The notes under the pieces were generated by a model that ran no database searches, was not told where the DNA came from, and saw nothing but the letters and a program-made list of their open reading frames with translations. Made by a program: the position numbers and the translations under genes. A stretch of 58,804 nt of DNA from Heterodontus francisci (Eukaryota): NCBI RefSeq assembly GCF_036365525.1, contig NC_090410.1, forward strand, positions 11,687,391 to 11,746,194, written 5' to 3'. Positions 49,390 to 58,804 of the stretch are shown here, piece after piece (position 1 is the stretch's first letter; the number at the start of each line of letters is the position of its first letter).

Positions 49390-49900
49390 ACCTGGAGTAT
49401 TGTGTTCAATTTTGGGCACCACATCTTAGGAAGGATGTACTGACCTTGGAGGAAGTGCAGCGGAGATTTATGAGAACAATACTTGGACTCCAAAGGTTAA
49501 ATTATGAGGAGAGATTACACAAACTAGGGTTGTATTCCCTGGAAGTTAGAACATTAATGGTTGATTTGATTGAAGTTTTCAAGGTATTAAGGAGAACTGA
49601 TCAGGTAGATAGAAACTATTTCTGCTAGATGGTGAGTCTAGCACTAGGGGAACATAGCCTAAAATTTAGAGGCAGACTTTTCTGGAGTGAAGTTAAGAAA
49701 CAATTCTACACACAAAGGGTGGTAGAAGTTTGGAACTCTCTTCCACAAATGGCAATTGATGCTAAATCAATTGTAAATTTTAAATGTGAGATTGGTAGAT
49801 TTTTGTGAATCAAAGGTATTGAGGGATATTGGGTAAAGGCAGGTATATGGAGTCAGGTCCATATCTTACTGAATGGCGGAACAGGCGTGAGAGGCTGTTC
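49390..49900 (+). mobile_element. CR1 3' fragment in the last DMWD intron
   Basis: LEYCVQFWAPHL...YEERLHKLGLYSLE. Confidence 0.75.
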
Positions 49901-50049
49901 ATATGACTGGTTCCAGGGAACTATACGCAGAAAGGGTAAGCGTCACCAGGAAGGAGGGGAAGAGAAAAAAGTAGCAAGGAAAATGATCCCTGAGCAAATG
50001 TCCAGGGATGTCCAGTGGCCTCTTGAGCATACCTGGTTTGAATTGCTCC

Positions 50050-51118
50050 ATCATTGGGGGGCTGTGCCTTCAGCTGCCTGGGCCCTAATTTCTGGAATTC
50101 CCTCCCTAAACTACTTCTTCCTCCTTGAAGATGCTCCTTAAAACCTACCTCTGACCAAGCCTTTGGCCATCTGCCCTTATATCTCTTTAGTGGCTCAGTG
50201 TCCAATTTTGCTTTATAACCCCCCTGTTGAGAGCCTTGGCATGTTTTATTATGTTGAAGGTGCTATAAAGAAGCTATTGTTGTTGCAAGTTCATAATCCT
50301 ACCACCTTTGGGGAGGGGTTCACTCATTATTGTTTAGCTATTCCTGTAGGTTAGATGCACAACAATTTGTATTTATATAGCACCTTAAACGTGGTGGAAC
50401 GTCCCAAGGTTCTTCACAGGTGCATTAGCAGACTAAAGAAGATAAAAGGACAGACGACCCAAAGATTGGTTGCAGAGTTAGGTTTAGGATCATCTTAAAA
50501 AGGTGAGAAAAGCGAAGAGGCTTAGGGCGCAAATTGCTGAAGGCACAGCCGCCAATAGCGGAGCAAAGAAAATTGGGGATGCGCGAAGGGCCAGAATTGG
50601 TGGAGTGCAGAGACCTTGGAGGGTTGTAGGGCTGGTGAATGTTACAGAAATAAGGGAGATTACATATGGGTACAAACTACTCCAAGAACCTGTGTTACTT
50701 GTGCTGTGATTTTCTAGTACTCGGAGAATGTTAGCAAGCTCTTCTCAAACAGCACTTTGCAACGGCTTATTCTCAACTAACAACGACAACTTTCACTTCT
50801 ATAGCACCCTTAATGTAATCAAACATCCCAAGGCATTTCGCAGTAGAGTTAGCAAATAAAATTTGACACCGAGCCGCATAATACTGGGAGATACTCCGAG
50901 ATACTGGGACAGGCTGGTCAAAGAGCTGGGTTTTAAAAGCAGTCTTAAAAAGAATGAAAAGTAGAGGCTGAGGGGTTTAGGAGGGGAATTCCAGAGATTA
51001 GGGCCTAGGCAACTGAAGGCATAGCCACCAATGGTGGAGTGTTTAAAATAGGCCAGAATTGGAGGAGCGCAGAGATCTTGGGAGGGTTCTAAGGCTGGAG
51101 GAGGTTACAGAGATAACT
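50050..51118. mobile_element. Cluster of L2 3'-tail fragments on both strands
   Basis: Three pieces homologous to 31395-31842. Confidence 0.65.
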
Positions 51119-51151
51119 ACTCTTGTCAGTCTCTGCACCTCCCATACTCAC

Positions 51152-52429
51152 CACTTTACCTGGCCGTGCCCATGTGCAAATAAAGCCTTCTTGGCAAGCA
51201 GTGACTATGCAGTCCTCCAAGAATATCAACACCGTTAGTCTCTCGTGTGCAATCTTTTTACAGACCAGAGGCTCCAGCAAGGGCACCTCGTCCATGCGGG
51301 GACACAAAGTGGTCCCCAAAGTCTTCGCTGAGTCAAGTTTGTTTCTCAGGACCAGGTTGAGCTTGTCATTACTCTTGCTGATGACGTGCCCGATGCTGTG
51401 GTTCCGCTTGTGGTCTTTCTCCACGCTTTTATCTTTGCGCTCATGGAGTGTCAGTGTTGCAAATTTGCTGATGCTGAAGGGGATGCCCCCGTCCGTCGCG
51501 TGGGCCTTGCTGTTGGCATTCGTAACAGCCGGGTGTGGCAGACTGTTCGACCGGGAGAGCGAGTGCGGGATGGAGTTGACCATGCTGGCTTCCAGCGTGA
51601 GACTGCTGGTGTGGCTTCCGCAGCTCAGGGAGCCAGGGATGGCTGTGTTCACCACGTTTGTATGCGTCCGAGCTCGAGAGAGGGGCTGATGGGGGAATAG
51701 AATGTCTTCCGTCAAATCCCACAGGCAGAACTGAGTGTCCTGCCCTACGGAGCCAAACCGGTAGGTTACGTTTGTTGCCTGGCCATCCGTGGAGTTGTGC
51801 TTGGAGAGTCGGGATAAAGTGCTGTTTGTCCGGTTGCGGGTGAAGGGGGCATGCTCCTGAAAGTCCTCGTCACTGCCACTGAACTCTGGCGGGTCCCCAT
51901 CGTCAACGCTGCTCGTGTAAGGGTCAAAGGCCACCACGCTGACCCAGGACTTGTGGCCATGACCCCGAGCGATCACCCGGCAGTCCCAGAAGGACCAGAC
52001 CGTCACCAGGTCGTCCTCACCCCCCGTCACAATGTACCTGCCGTCTGGACTCCAGCACACGCACAGCAGCCCCCCAAAGTAGCTCTTCATCACACCGTAC
52101 AGCTCCATCGAGTCGAAATGGAAAACCCTCAGGCTGCCGTCTTGACTGGCGCACGCCACGTGCTTGCCATCAGGGGCGAAGGCGAACTCGTGGAGGGCGC
52201 CCTCGCCGACTGACCATTTCAGCAACGGGTTCCGGCTCGACTTGCTTTTGCAGGTGTACACTGCAAAGCCAGGCCCCTGTTTAAGCGGCTGGTAGTGGGG
52301 GGCGGTGGTGCCACATGGGTGCTCTACATTGTAGAGGTACAGGTTGCCACTGGTGTGGGCGACAAGGAAGAGGCTCTCTGACTCTGGCATCCATTTCAAG
52401 CAGGTCACCTTGGTCTTGTCGATGAATCT
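51152..52429 (-). CDS. DMWD: DMWD-family exon 3 (WD40 repeats), 426 codons
   Basis: RFIDKTKVTCLKWMPESESLFL...SYFGGLLCVCWSPDGRY...PLLEPLVCKKIAHERLT...WARPGKV; AG at 52430-31, GTGAGT donor. Confidence 0.92.
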
Positions 52430-52893
52430 CTACACAGCAAAGAGAAAGAAACCACCTTTAAACATCTGTAAAGAAACAGGAAAACAAAAACTAGCAGCAC
52501 TGGAGGGATTTGGGATCCCGGCCCATCCCTCACAGGAGTTTCCAGTCCCATTGATGGCTGCCTGGGGTAGAAGCCCGGGAGTGGAAGGGGGTGCCCTCTT
52601 ATCCAAAATATGCCCAAGCGCAGATCAGAGAACCTTGGCTTTCAGTGAACAACATAAAGTGGACTAGGGGCAATTATCAGCACAAAACTTGCCCATGATG
52701 TGGAGAAAATCATGAATTGGATGAGCTTTGGGAACATGGTGGGAGCTGGTAATTCTGGAGAGTTTAACCCAGGATATAAATCCCATTACAGCTTTCAAAT
52801 ACTTCGGATTCAGGGATTTCCTGCAAATTTCAAAATATTGAGCATTTAAAAGTACATTTGGCCAATCACACACTGCATCTCCTCCAAGGTTTG

Positions 52894-53147
52894 GGAGTTT
52901 GCAAGTTCTCCCTGTGACCGCGTGGGTTTCCGCCGGGTGCTCCGGTTTCCTCCCACAGCCAAAGACTTGCAGGTTGTTAGGTAAATTGGCCATTGCAAAT
53001 TGCCCCTAGTTTAGGTAGGTGGTGGGGAATATGGGATTAATGTAGGATTAGTATAAATGGGTGGTTGTTGATCGGCATAGACTCGGTGGGCCGAAGGGCC
53101 TGTTTCAGTGCTGTATCTCTAAATAAATAAATAAAAATAAAATAAAA
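52894..53147 (+). mobile_element. HE1-like SINE, 5'-truncated
   Basis: V-domain and tail. Confidence 0.82.
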
Positions 53148-53585
53148 GGTTCAAGCAAGTGAAAGGTCAGGTTTAGGATACAGAAAGAGCTGGGTTTAAA
53201 TCTAACCCACATGGATGACTGTTGGGATCCCAAGTCCAATTCATTCTGTGAGTTCAGTGGGAAGAAAGTCCCAGTACATAGTGTACATGCCATGATTGGA
53301 CGACAGTTGTGGGGAAAGGGTAAATAGAGTGATCATAAAATAACTATCGGAATGGAGTGAATGGGAGGAAGATCTCACTAAATGGAAGTCTTGTCTGTTA
53401 TGGCCCTCAGTAGGCGGCCACCCAGTCCTCTCAGTCCAGGGAATAGGGAAGAGTGATGACCGTCTCTCAGTTACTTCTCTTCCTTATTCATCCCAGTGGA
53501 AAGGCTGGAATAAGGCAAATAGTCTTTCCCATAGCTCAAAGGTGAATTAAACCAGTGCATGGCCACGGGTAGACTCGGATACACT

Positions 53586-53915
53586 CGGCACAGTGGCGCA
53601 GTGGTTAGCACCGCAGCCTCACAGCTCCAGGAACCCAGGTTCGATTCTGGGTACTGCCTGTGTGGGGAGTTTGCAAGTTCTCCCTGTGTCTGCGTGGGTT
53701 TTCGCCGGGTGCTCCGGTTTCCTCCCACATCCAAAGACTTGCAGGTGATAGGTAAATTGGCTGTTGTAAATTGTCCCTAGTGTAGGGAGGTGATAGGGAA
53801 TATGGGATTACTGTAGGGTTAGTATAAATGGGTGGTTGTTGGTCGGCACAGACTCGGTGGGCCGAAGGGCCTGTTTCAGTGCTGTATCTCTAAATAAAAA
53901 ATAAATAAAATAAAA
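53586..53915 (+). mobile_element. HE1-like SINE, followed by an antisense L2 tail (to about 54345)
   Basis: A/B boxes, V-domain, A-rich tail. Confidence 0.88.
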
Positions 53916-54505
53916 AGTCAACAACTTGCATTTACTTGACACCTTTAATGAATAAAAAGTCCCAAGGCATTTCACAGGAGCATTATCAACTAAATTTGAC
54001 ACTGAGCCACATAAGGAGATATTAGGACAGATGACGACTGGTCAAACAGGTAGATTTTCAGGAATGTCTTAAAGGAGGAACAAGGGGTAGAGAGGTTTAG
54101 GGAGGGAATTCTGAAGCTTAGGACCTCAGCGGTTGAAGGCATGGGTGCCAATGGTGGAGCGTTTAACATCAGGGATGCGCAAGAGGCCAGAATTGGAGGA
54201 CCACAGAGATCTCAGAGGGTTGTACAGTTGGAGAAGGTTACAGAGATAAGGAGGGGGGCGAGGACATGGAGGGATTTGAAAACAAAGATGAGAATCGTAA
54301 AATCGAGGCACTGGTCAACCAGGAGCACAGTGGTGATGGGTGAATGCTTAAGCTACACTGTAAGGACAGGGGTAGTACACTCAGGAACGTTCTCAGTCAC
54401 TCTAGGACCAGATAACCAAAACTGCTGCCCATTTGGTTATAAAGTGACTGTCCAAATCACAGTCGAACCTCGAAAGTGCAACTCATATTTGGGCGATCAT
54501 ACTAC

Positions 54506-54688
54506 CTCTTCATTGAACAACTTGCTGGTTTCTTTCTTGATCGGATCCAGGTACTGGACTTGTCCTGCGGAGAAGCCGACTACAAGCGAGACACTGTCGG
54601 GCGTGGCAGTGAACTGGTTAAAATCATGACAGGTGGGCTGTGTCCCTTTGTATATACGCTTGTCAATGGGTTTACTCAGATCTGCCGC
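54506..54688 (-). CDS. DMWD: DMWD-family exon 2, 61 codons
   Basis: AADLSKPIDKRIYKGTQPTCHDFNQFTATPDSVSLVVGFSAGQVQYLDPIKKETSKLFNEE; AG/GT; absent from the ORF track. Confidence 0.93.
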
Positions 54689-55885
54689 CTAAGGAGAACA
54701 TAAAAGGCTCATTTTCAGTCAAGATGACTTTGGGTGTCAGTACTACAAGCAGCTAAACCAGCTAACATTTTACAACTCGTATCAAATTAATGGCCCAAAT
54801 CCCTCCAAGGCGACAAGGCTGCAACTGTAAACAAGAAGCCAAGTGTGTGCTGCAAGTATAACAGAACTGTTTTAAGATGGAAAAAATCTACATCTTGTTT
54901 GCCTTCAAAACTCCAGGCATAACATGTTAGAAACATATGAACAGGAGGAGGCCATTCATCCCATCGAGCCCATTCCACCATTCAACTAGGACAGGGTTGA
55001 GCTGTATCTTCACTCCAGCTACCCGGCCTAGGTTCAGTAACCAATACCATTGCATAACAAAAACATATCGATCTCAGTTTGTAAATTTTCAATTGAGCCC
55101 CAAGCCTCAACAGCTTGTATGGGGAGGAAGAATGTTCCAGATTTCCATTACCCTGCAATTTCTGAGCATCCAATAAAATCATGGCTGATCTTCAACCTCA
55201 CACCACTCTCCCACCTGATCCCCATATACCCTCATATCCATTGTGCATCGACAGGGTAGATAATTATAAAAGTTCACAACTTTATGCATGAAGAAGTTTC
55301 TCATCACAGTCCTAAATGGCTGACCCCCTTATCCTGAGACTATAACCCCTAGTTCGGGACTCTCCAGCCATTGAAGTATTTTCTGAAGTGTATTCACTCC
55401 AGTCAGCACTGTCCCATCGAACACTCCCAAGTTAAGTACAACACAGGAGTGAAGGTCTTTTTGCTAGCTCACTGAGTAACTCTGCTATCAGGCACTAACA
55501 TCTTTAAAAATACACATGTATTTCACTGGTCTAATGGATCAGATGTCCTATATTCTAGTGAATTTGCTGCCCCGGACCTGCTTTGCTTTCCTTTAGCACA
55601 TGCACCAATAACCACCATACCCCATTCTTTCATTCGCTGCTACTAAATCCCAACTCTTGATTGCCCCCACTACCTGGCCCAGTCCTCCACAAGCCCTGCT
55701 ACCTGAACCCAACCCTTGACCCCAACACTACCTGGCCCCAGTCCTCCACCACTGAGCCCCGCCGCCTGACCTCTGCTCAGTGTAAACATTAACTAGGGAG
55801 GGGGGCGGCGCCGGACTCAGCGCCCGGGCCTGGTCAGTGGGCCTGAACCCCTCACCCCGCCCGGCGGCTCTGGCCCCGGCCTCAC

Positions 55886-56137
55886 CTTCCTGGGACCCCG
55901 GTAAAGGTAGAGGTAGAGCTCGCGGCCCACATTAAAGCAGATGCGGTCCCCGCTGCCGCTCTGGTCCCGCACGTTCACCATGGACACCCGCACAGGGTTA
56001 GTCCCCTGGGTGGCGCTGAGGGGCACCCGGTTCGGGCGGCTATACTCGGACAGGCTCAGCAGCTTGTAGGCTCCCTCCCGGGTCCGGAACTGCGACTTGA
56101 TCTCGTTCAGCTCCTTCCCTCCGCCCTCCGCCGCCAT
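55886..56137 (-). CDS. DMWD: DMWD-family exon 1 (coding part), 84 codons
   Basis: AAGATGGCG start; MAAEGGGKELNEIKSQFRTREGAYKLL...DRICFNVGRELYLY...RK then GTGAGG; lies in a CpG island. Confidence 0.93.
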
Positions 56138-56173
56138 CTTCAGCCGGAGCCGCAAAACAGCGGCTACCGTTCG

Positions 56174-56390
56174 CTCCGCCGGCAGCGCCACCTCCCGCCA
56201 GACCTCCGCCGGCAGCACCTCCTCCCTACCGGCAGCGCCACCTCCCGCCAGACCTCCGCCGGCAGCGCCACCTCCCGCCAGGCCTCCCCCGGCAGCGCCA
56301 CCTCCCGCCAGGCCTCCGCCGGCAGCGCCTCCTCCCGCCCGGCCTCCACCGGCAGCGCCTCCTCCCGCCCGGCCTCCACCGGCAGTGCCA
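56174..56390. repeat. 30-bp GC-rich minisatellite directly upstream of the DMWD ATG
   Basis: GGCAG at 56181, 56211, 56231, 56261, 56291, 56321, 56351 and 56381 (one 20-bp unit). Confidence 0.95.
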
Positions 56391-56625
56391 ATCTGACAAT
56401 CCTTGGTGATGAATTCCATAAAAGGTGCAACACAGAAAGCGGCCGTTCGGCCCATCTGGTCAATACTGGCGTTTATGCTCCACACGAGCCCCCTCCAATT
56501 CACTCCATCTCACTCTATCAGCATTGCACAAAGCTGACTGGAAAAAGATATTGACCCATGGTGGATTTGAATCAAGGAGTCTTGCTCCAGTTACCACAAA
56601 GCAAATCAGGATTTAGTTTGAAGCA

Positions 56626-56806
56626 AATAAAAATAGAAAGTGCTGGAAAAACTCAGCAGGCCTGGCAGCCTCTGTGGGGAGAGCAGAGTTAAGCTGAAAC
56701 ATGAACTCTGCTTCTCTCTCCACAGATGCTGCCAGACCTGCTGCTTTCTTCCACTACTTATTGTTTTTACTTCAGATTTCCAGCATCCACAGTATTTTGC
56801 TTTTAC
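56626..56806. mobile_element. Fold-back Penelope-like element, family A
   Basis: Inverted arms meeting at about 56695; 14-nt TSD with 2 mismatches (56612-25 and 56807-20). Confidence 0.82.
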
Positions 56807-56894
56807 TTTAGCTTCAAGCAGATGCAGAGGTTTCAATAATTCAAGACAACAGATTCAAGAGCATTGTGCAAGAGTTTGTTTATAGAGATTTCAT

Positions 56895-56900
56895 TTTATT
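56895..56900 (-). terminator. Candidate poly(A) signal of the unidentified upstream gene
   Basis: AATAAA on the minus strand about 305 nt past the TAG at 57206. Confidence 0.5.
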
Positions 56901-57205
56901 TGGAACAATGTTTAAAGGGTACATTATAATATCACCTTGATAAAACACACACTTTGGTCTAATCCATAGAACTTATCAAAATCCCCTTATTGGGACCCCC
57001 AAACAAGTCCTCATCTTCGGCAACATTTAACCTTCCACAGGAGATTGGAGGGTTTAGTCAAACAGCCAACAGCAATAGGAAAGGTCACAGGGAACTGAAT
57101 GAAGGGCAATAGGGCTATGTCAAAATTTAACAAATAGCATCAACTCAGGGCTGATTGCAAACACAAAGGAAAGGAGCTCATGAATCCTCACGCAATTGAC
57201 AAGAG

Positions 57206-57377
57206 CTACTGCAAGGCATGGACTTTCGCTGCAAATAGCAGCACTTGCTTCTCCAGCTCCTTGTTCAGTTGAGACTGCGAGGCTCGTGGGTTTTCCTTCA
57301 CAAACTCCGCAATGCCAAGGACACATTGTTTCTGAGGGCAAGAATGGAAGGTGATAGTTTTGTTAAACAGCTTCTGA
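57206..57377 (-). CDS. Probable terminal coding exon of an unidentified gene
   Basis: Acceptor TCTCTGCTGTTTTCAG; QKLFNKTITFHSCPQKQCVLGIAEFVKENPRASQSQLNKELEKQVLLFAAKVHALQ*; non-repetitive; downstream AATAAA. Confidence 0.6.
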
Positions 57378-57489
57378 CTGAAAACAGCAGAGAGATGTGA
57401 ATGCTCCCCACAACTGTCATCCTTCAAGAACCACAGATTATTCTTGGGTGGGCACGAATTAGAGGAGTGGAGCAATGCTCCCTTTCAAA

Positions 57490-58225
57490 TGTAAGAAACA
57501 GGAGGAGTAGACCATACAGCCCCTTGGAGCCTGCTCCACCATTCAATGTGATCATGGCTGATCTTTGGGCTTCAATTCCACTTTCCTGCACGCTCCCCCT
57601 ATCCCTTGATTCCCTGAGAAACAAAAATATCTGTCCATCCCAGTCTTAAACGTATTCAATGATGGGGTAGAGAATTCCAAAGATTCACAACCCTTTGAGT
57701 GAAGTAATTTCTCATCTCAGTTCTAAACGATCAGCTCCTCATTCTGAGATTCTCCAGCCAGGGAAAACAATCTCTCAGTATCTACCCTATCCAGCCCCTT
57801 CAGAATCTTGCATGTTTCAATGAAATCACCTCTCATTCTTCTAAACTCCAAAGAATATCAGCCCAATTTACTCAGCCTCTCATCATAGGAAAACCCCCTC
57901 ATCCCAGGAACCAATCTAGTGAACATTTGCTGTCCCACCTCCAATGCAAGTATATCTTTTTTTTTAAAAAAGATATGGAGACCAAAACTGCACACAGTGC
58001 ACCAGATGTGGTCTCACCAAAACCCTGCACAACTGGAGCAATACTTTGTTACACTTGTACGCCAATCCCCTTGCAATAAAGGTCAACATGCCATTTGCCT
58101 GCTGCACATGCATGCTGACGTTGTGTTCCTCGTACGAGTACACACTCTGAACATTAACATTTAGATCTTCCACGCCTTTTAAAAATATTCTGCTTTGCTA
58201 TTCTTACCGACCAAAGTGAATAACC
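57490..58225 (-). mobile_element. CR1 3' fragment
   Basis: Antisense LCRVLVRPHLVHCVQFWSPY and CR1 tail. Confidence 0.8.
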
Positions 58226-58226
58226 T

Positions 58227-58572
58227 CACAGTAGCGCAGTGGTTAGCACCGCAGCCTCACAGCTCCAGCGACCCGGGTTCAATTCTGGGTACTGCCTGTG
58301 TGGAGTTTGCAAGTTCTCCCTGTGTCTGCGTGGGTTTCCTCCGGGTGCTCCGGTTTCCTCCCACAAGCCAAAAGACTTGCAGGTTGGTAGGTAAATTGGC
58401 CATTATAAGTTTGCCCCTAGAACAGGTAGGTGGTAGGGATATATAGGGACAGGTGAGGATATGGTAGGAATATGGGATTAGTGTAGGATTAGTAGAAATG
58501 GGTGGTTAATGGTCGGCACAGACTCGGTGGGCCGAAGGGCCTGTTTCAGTGCTGTATATCTAAATCTAAAAC
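58227..58572 (+). mobile_element. HE1-like V-SINE
   Basis: Near-identical to 14123-14472. Confidence 0.88.
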
Positions 58573-58804
58573 AAAAAAATCTGCCACTTGTTGCCCAGTC
58601 TCTTAACTGCTTCTCCAGGGGCTCCCTCTACACTGTCCCCATCAAACACTCCCAGGGGGATTTCCCCATTGCACCCCCTGCCCTGCCACCCTGTGAACTG
58701 TTCCACTGTGTTATATTATTAGCACCCGTGCTCCCCTCTTTTCTCATGACAATCCCTTGGCCATTGTGGGAAACCCTTCATTCCTGTACTCACTCTGTGG
58801 GCAA

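Noticed and set aside
56174-56390. CRISPR-like array or tandem CTCF sites (also 16692-16812)
   Set aside because: Units are contiguous with no unique spacers and the context is eukaryotic; AGGTGGCGCTG matches only part of the CTCF consensus

Overview
This is repeat-dense eukaryotic genomic DNA from a cartilaginous fish, judged from its HE1/V-type and Deu-type SINEs and its CR1 and L2 LINEs. All host genes lie on the minus strand. From left to right they are: a probable CLPTM1 first coding exon in a CpG island (5130-5183); SDHAF1 (single coding exon, 12796-13098); a complete six-exon TBCB (23960-37972, 248 aa); a complete four-exon DMWD/WDR20-family gene (47726-56137, 588 aa); and the last coding exon of an unidentified gene (57206-57377). 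The rest is mostly transposon-derived: CR1, L2 and RTE LINE fragments, tRNA-derived SINEs, five copies of one Gypsy-type LTR (one with a decayed integrase region), hAT MITEs and a Helitron helicase remnant. The most unusual signal is two unrelated families of fold-back (palindromic) elements carrying minimal hammerhead-ribozyme motifs (CTGAnGA...GAAA plus a palindromic stem III). One is a 444-bp inverted repeat with a hammerhead on each strand. The other family has several head-to-head copies bounded by 11-15 bp target-site duplications. Both are best read as Penelope-like pLTR derivatives. Gene and family names come from recalled homology, not from a database search.
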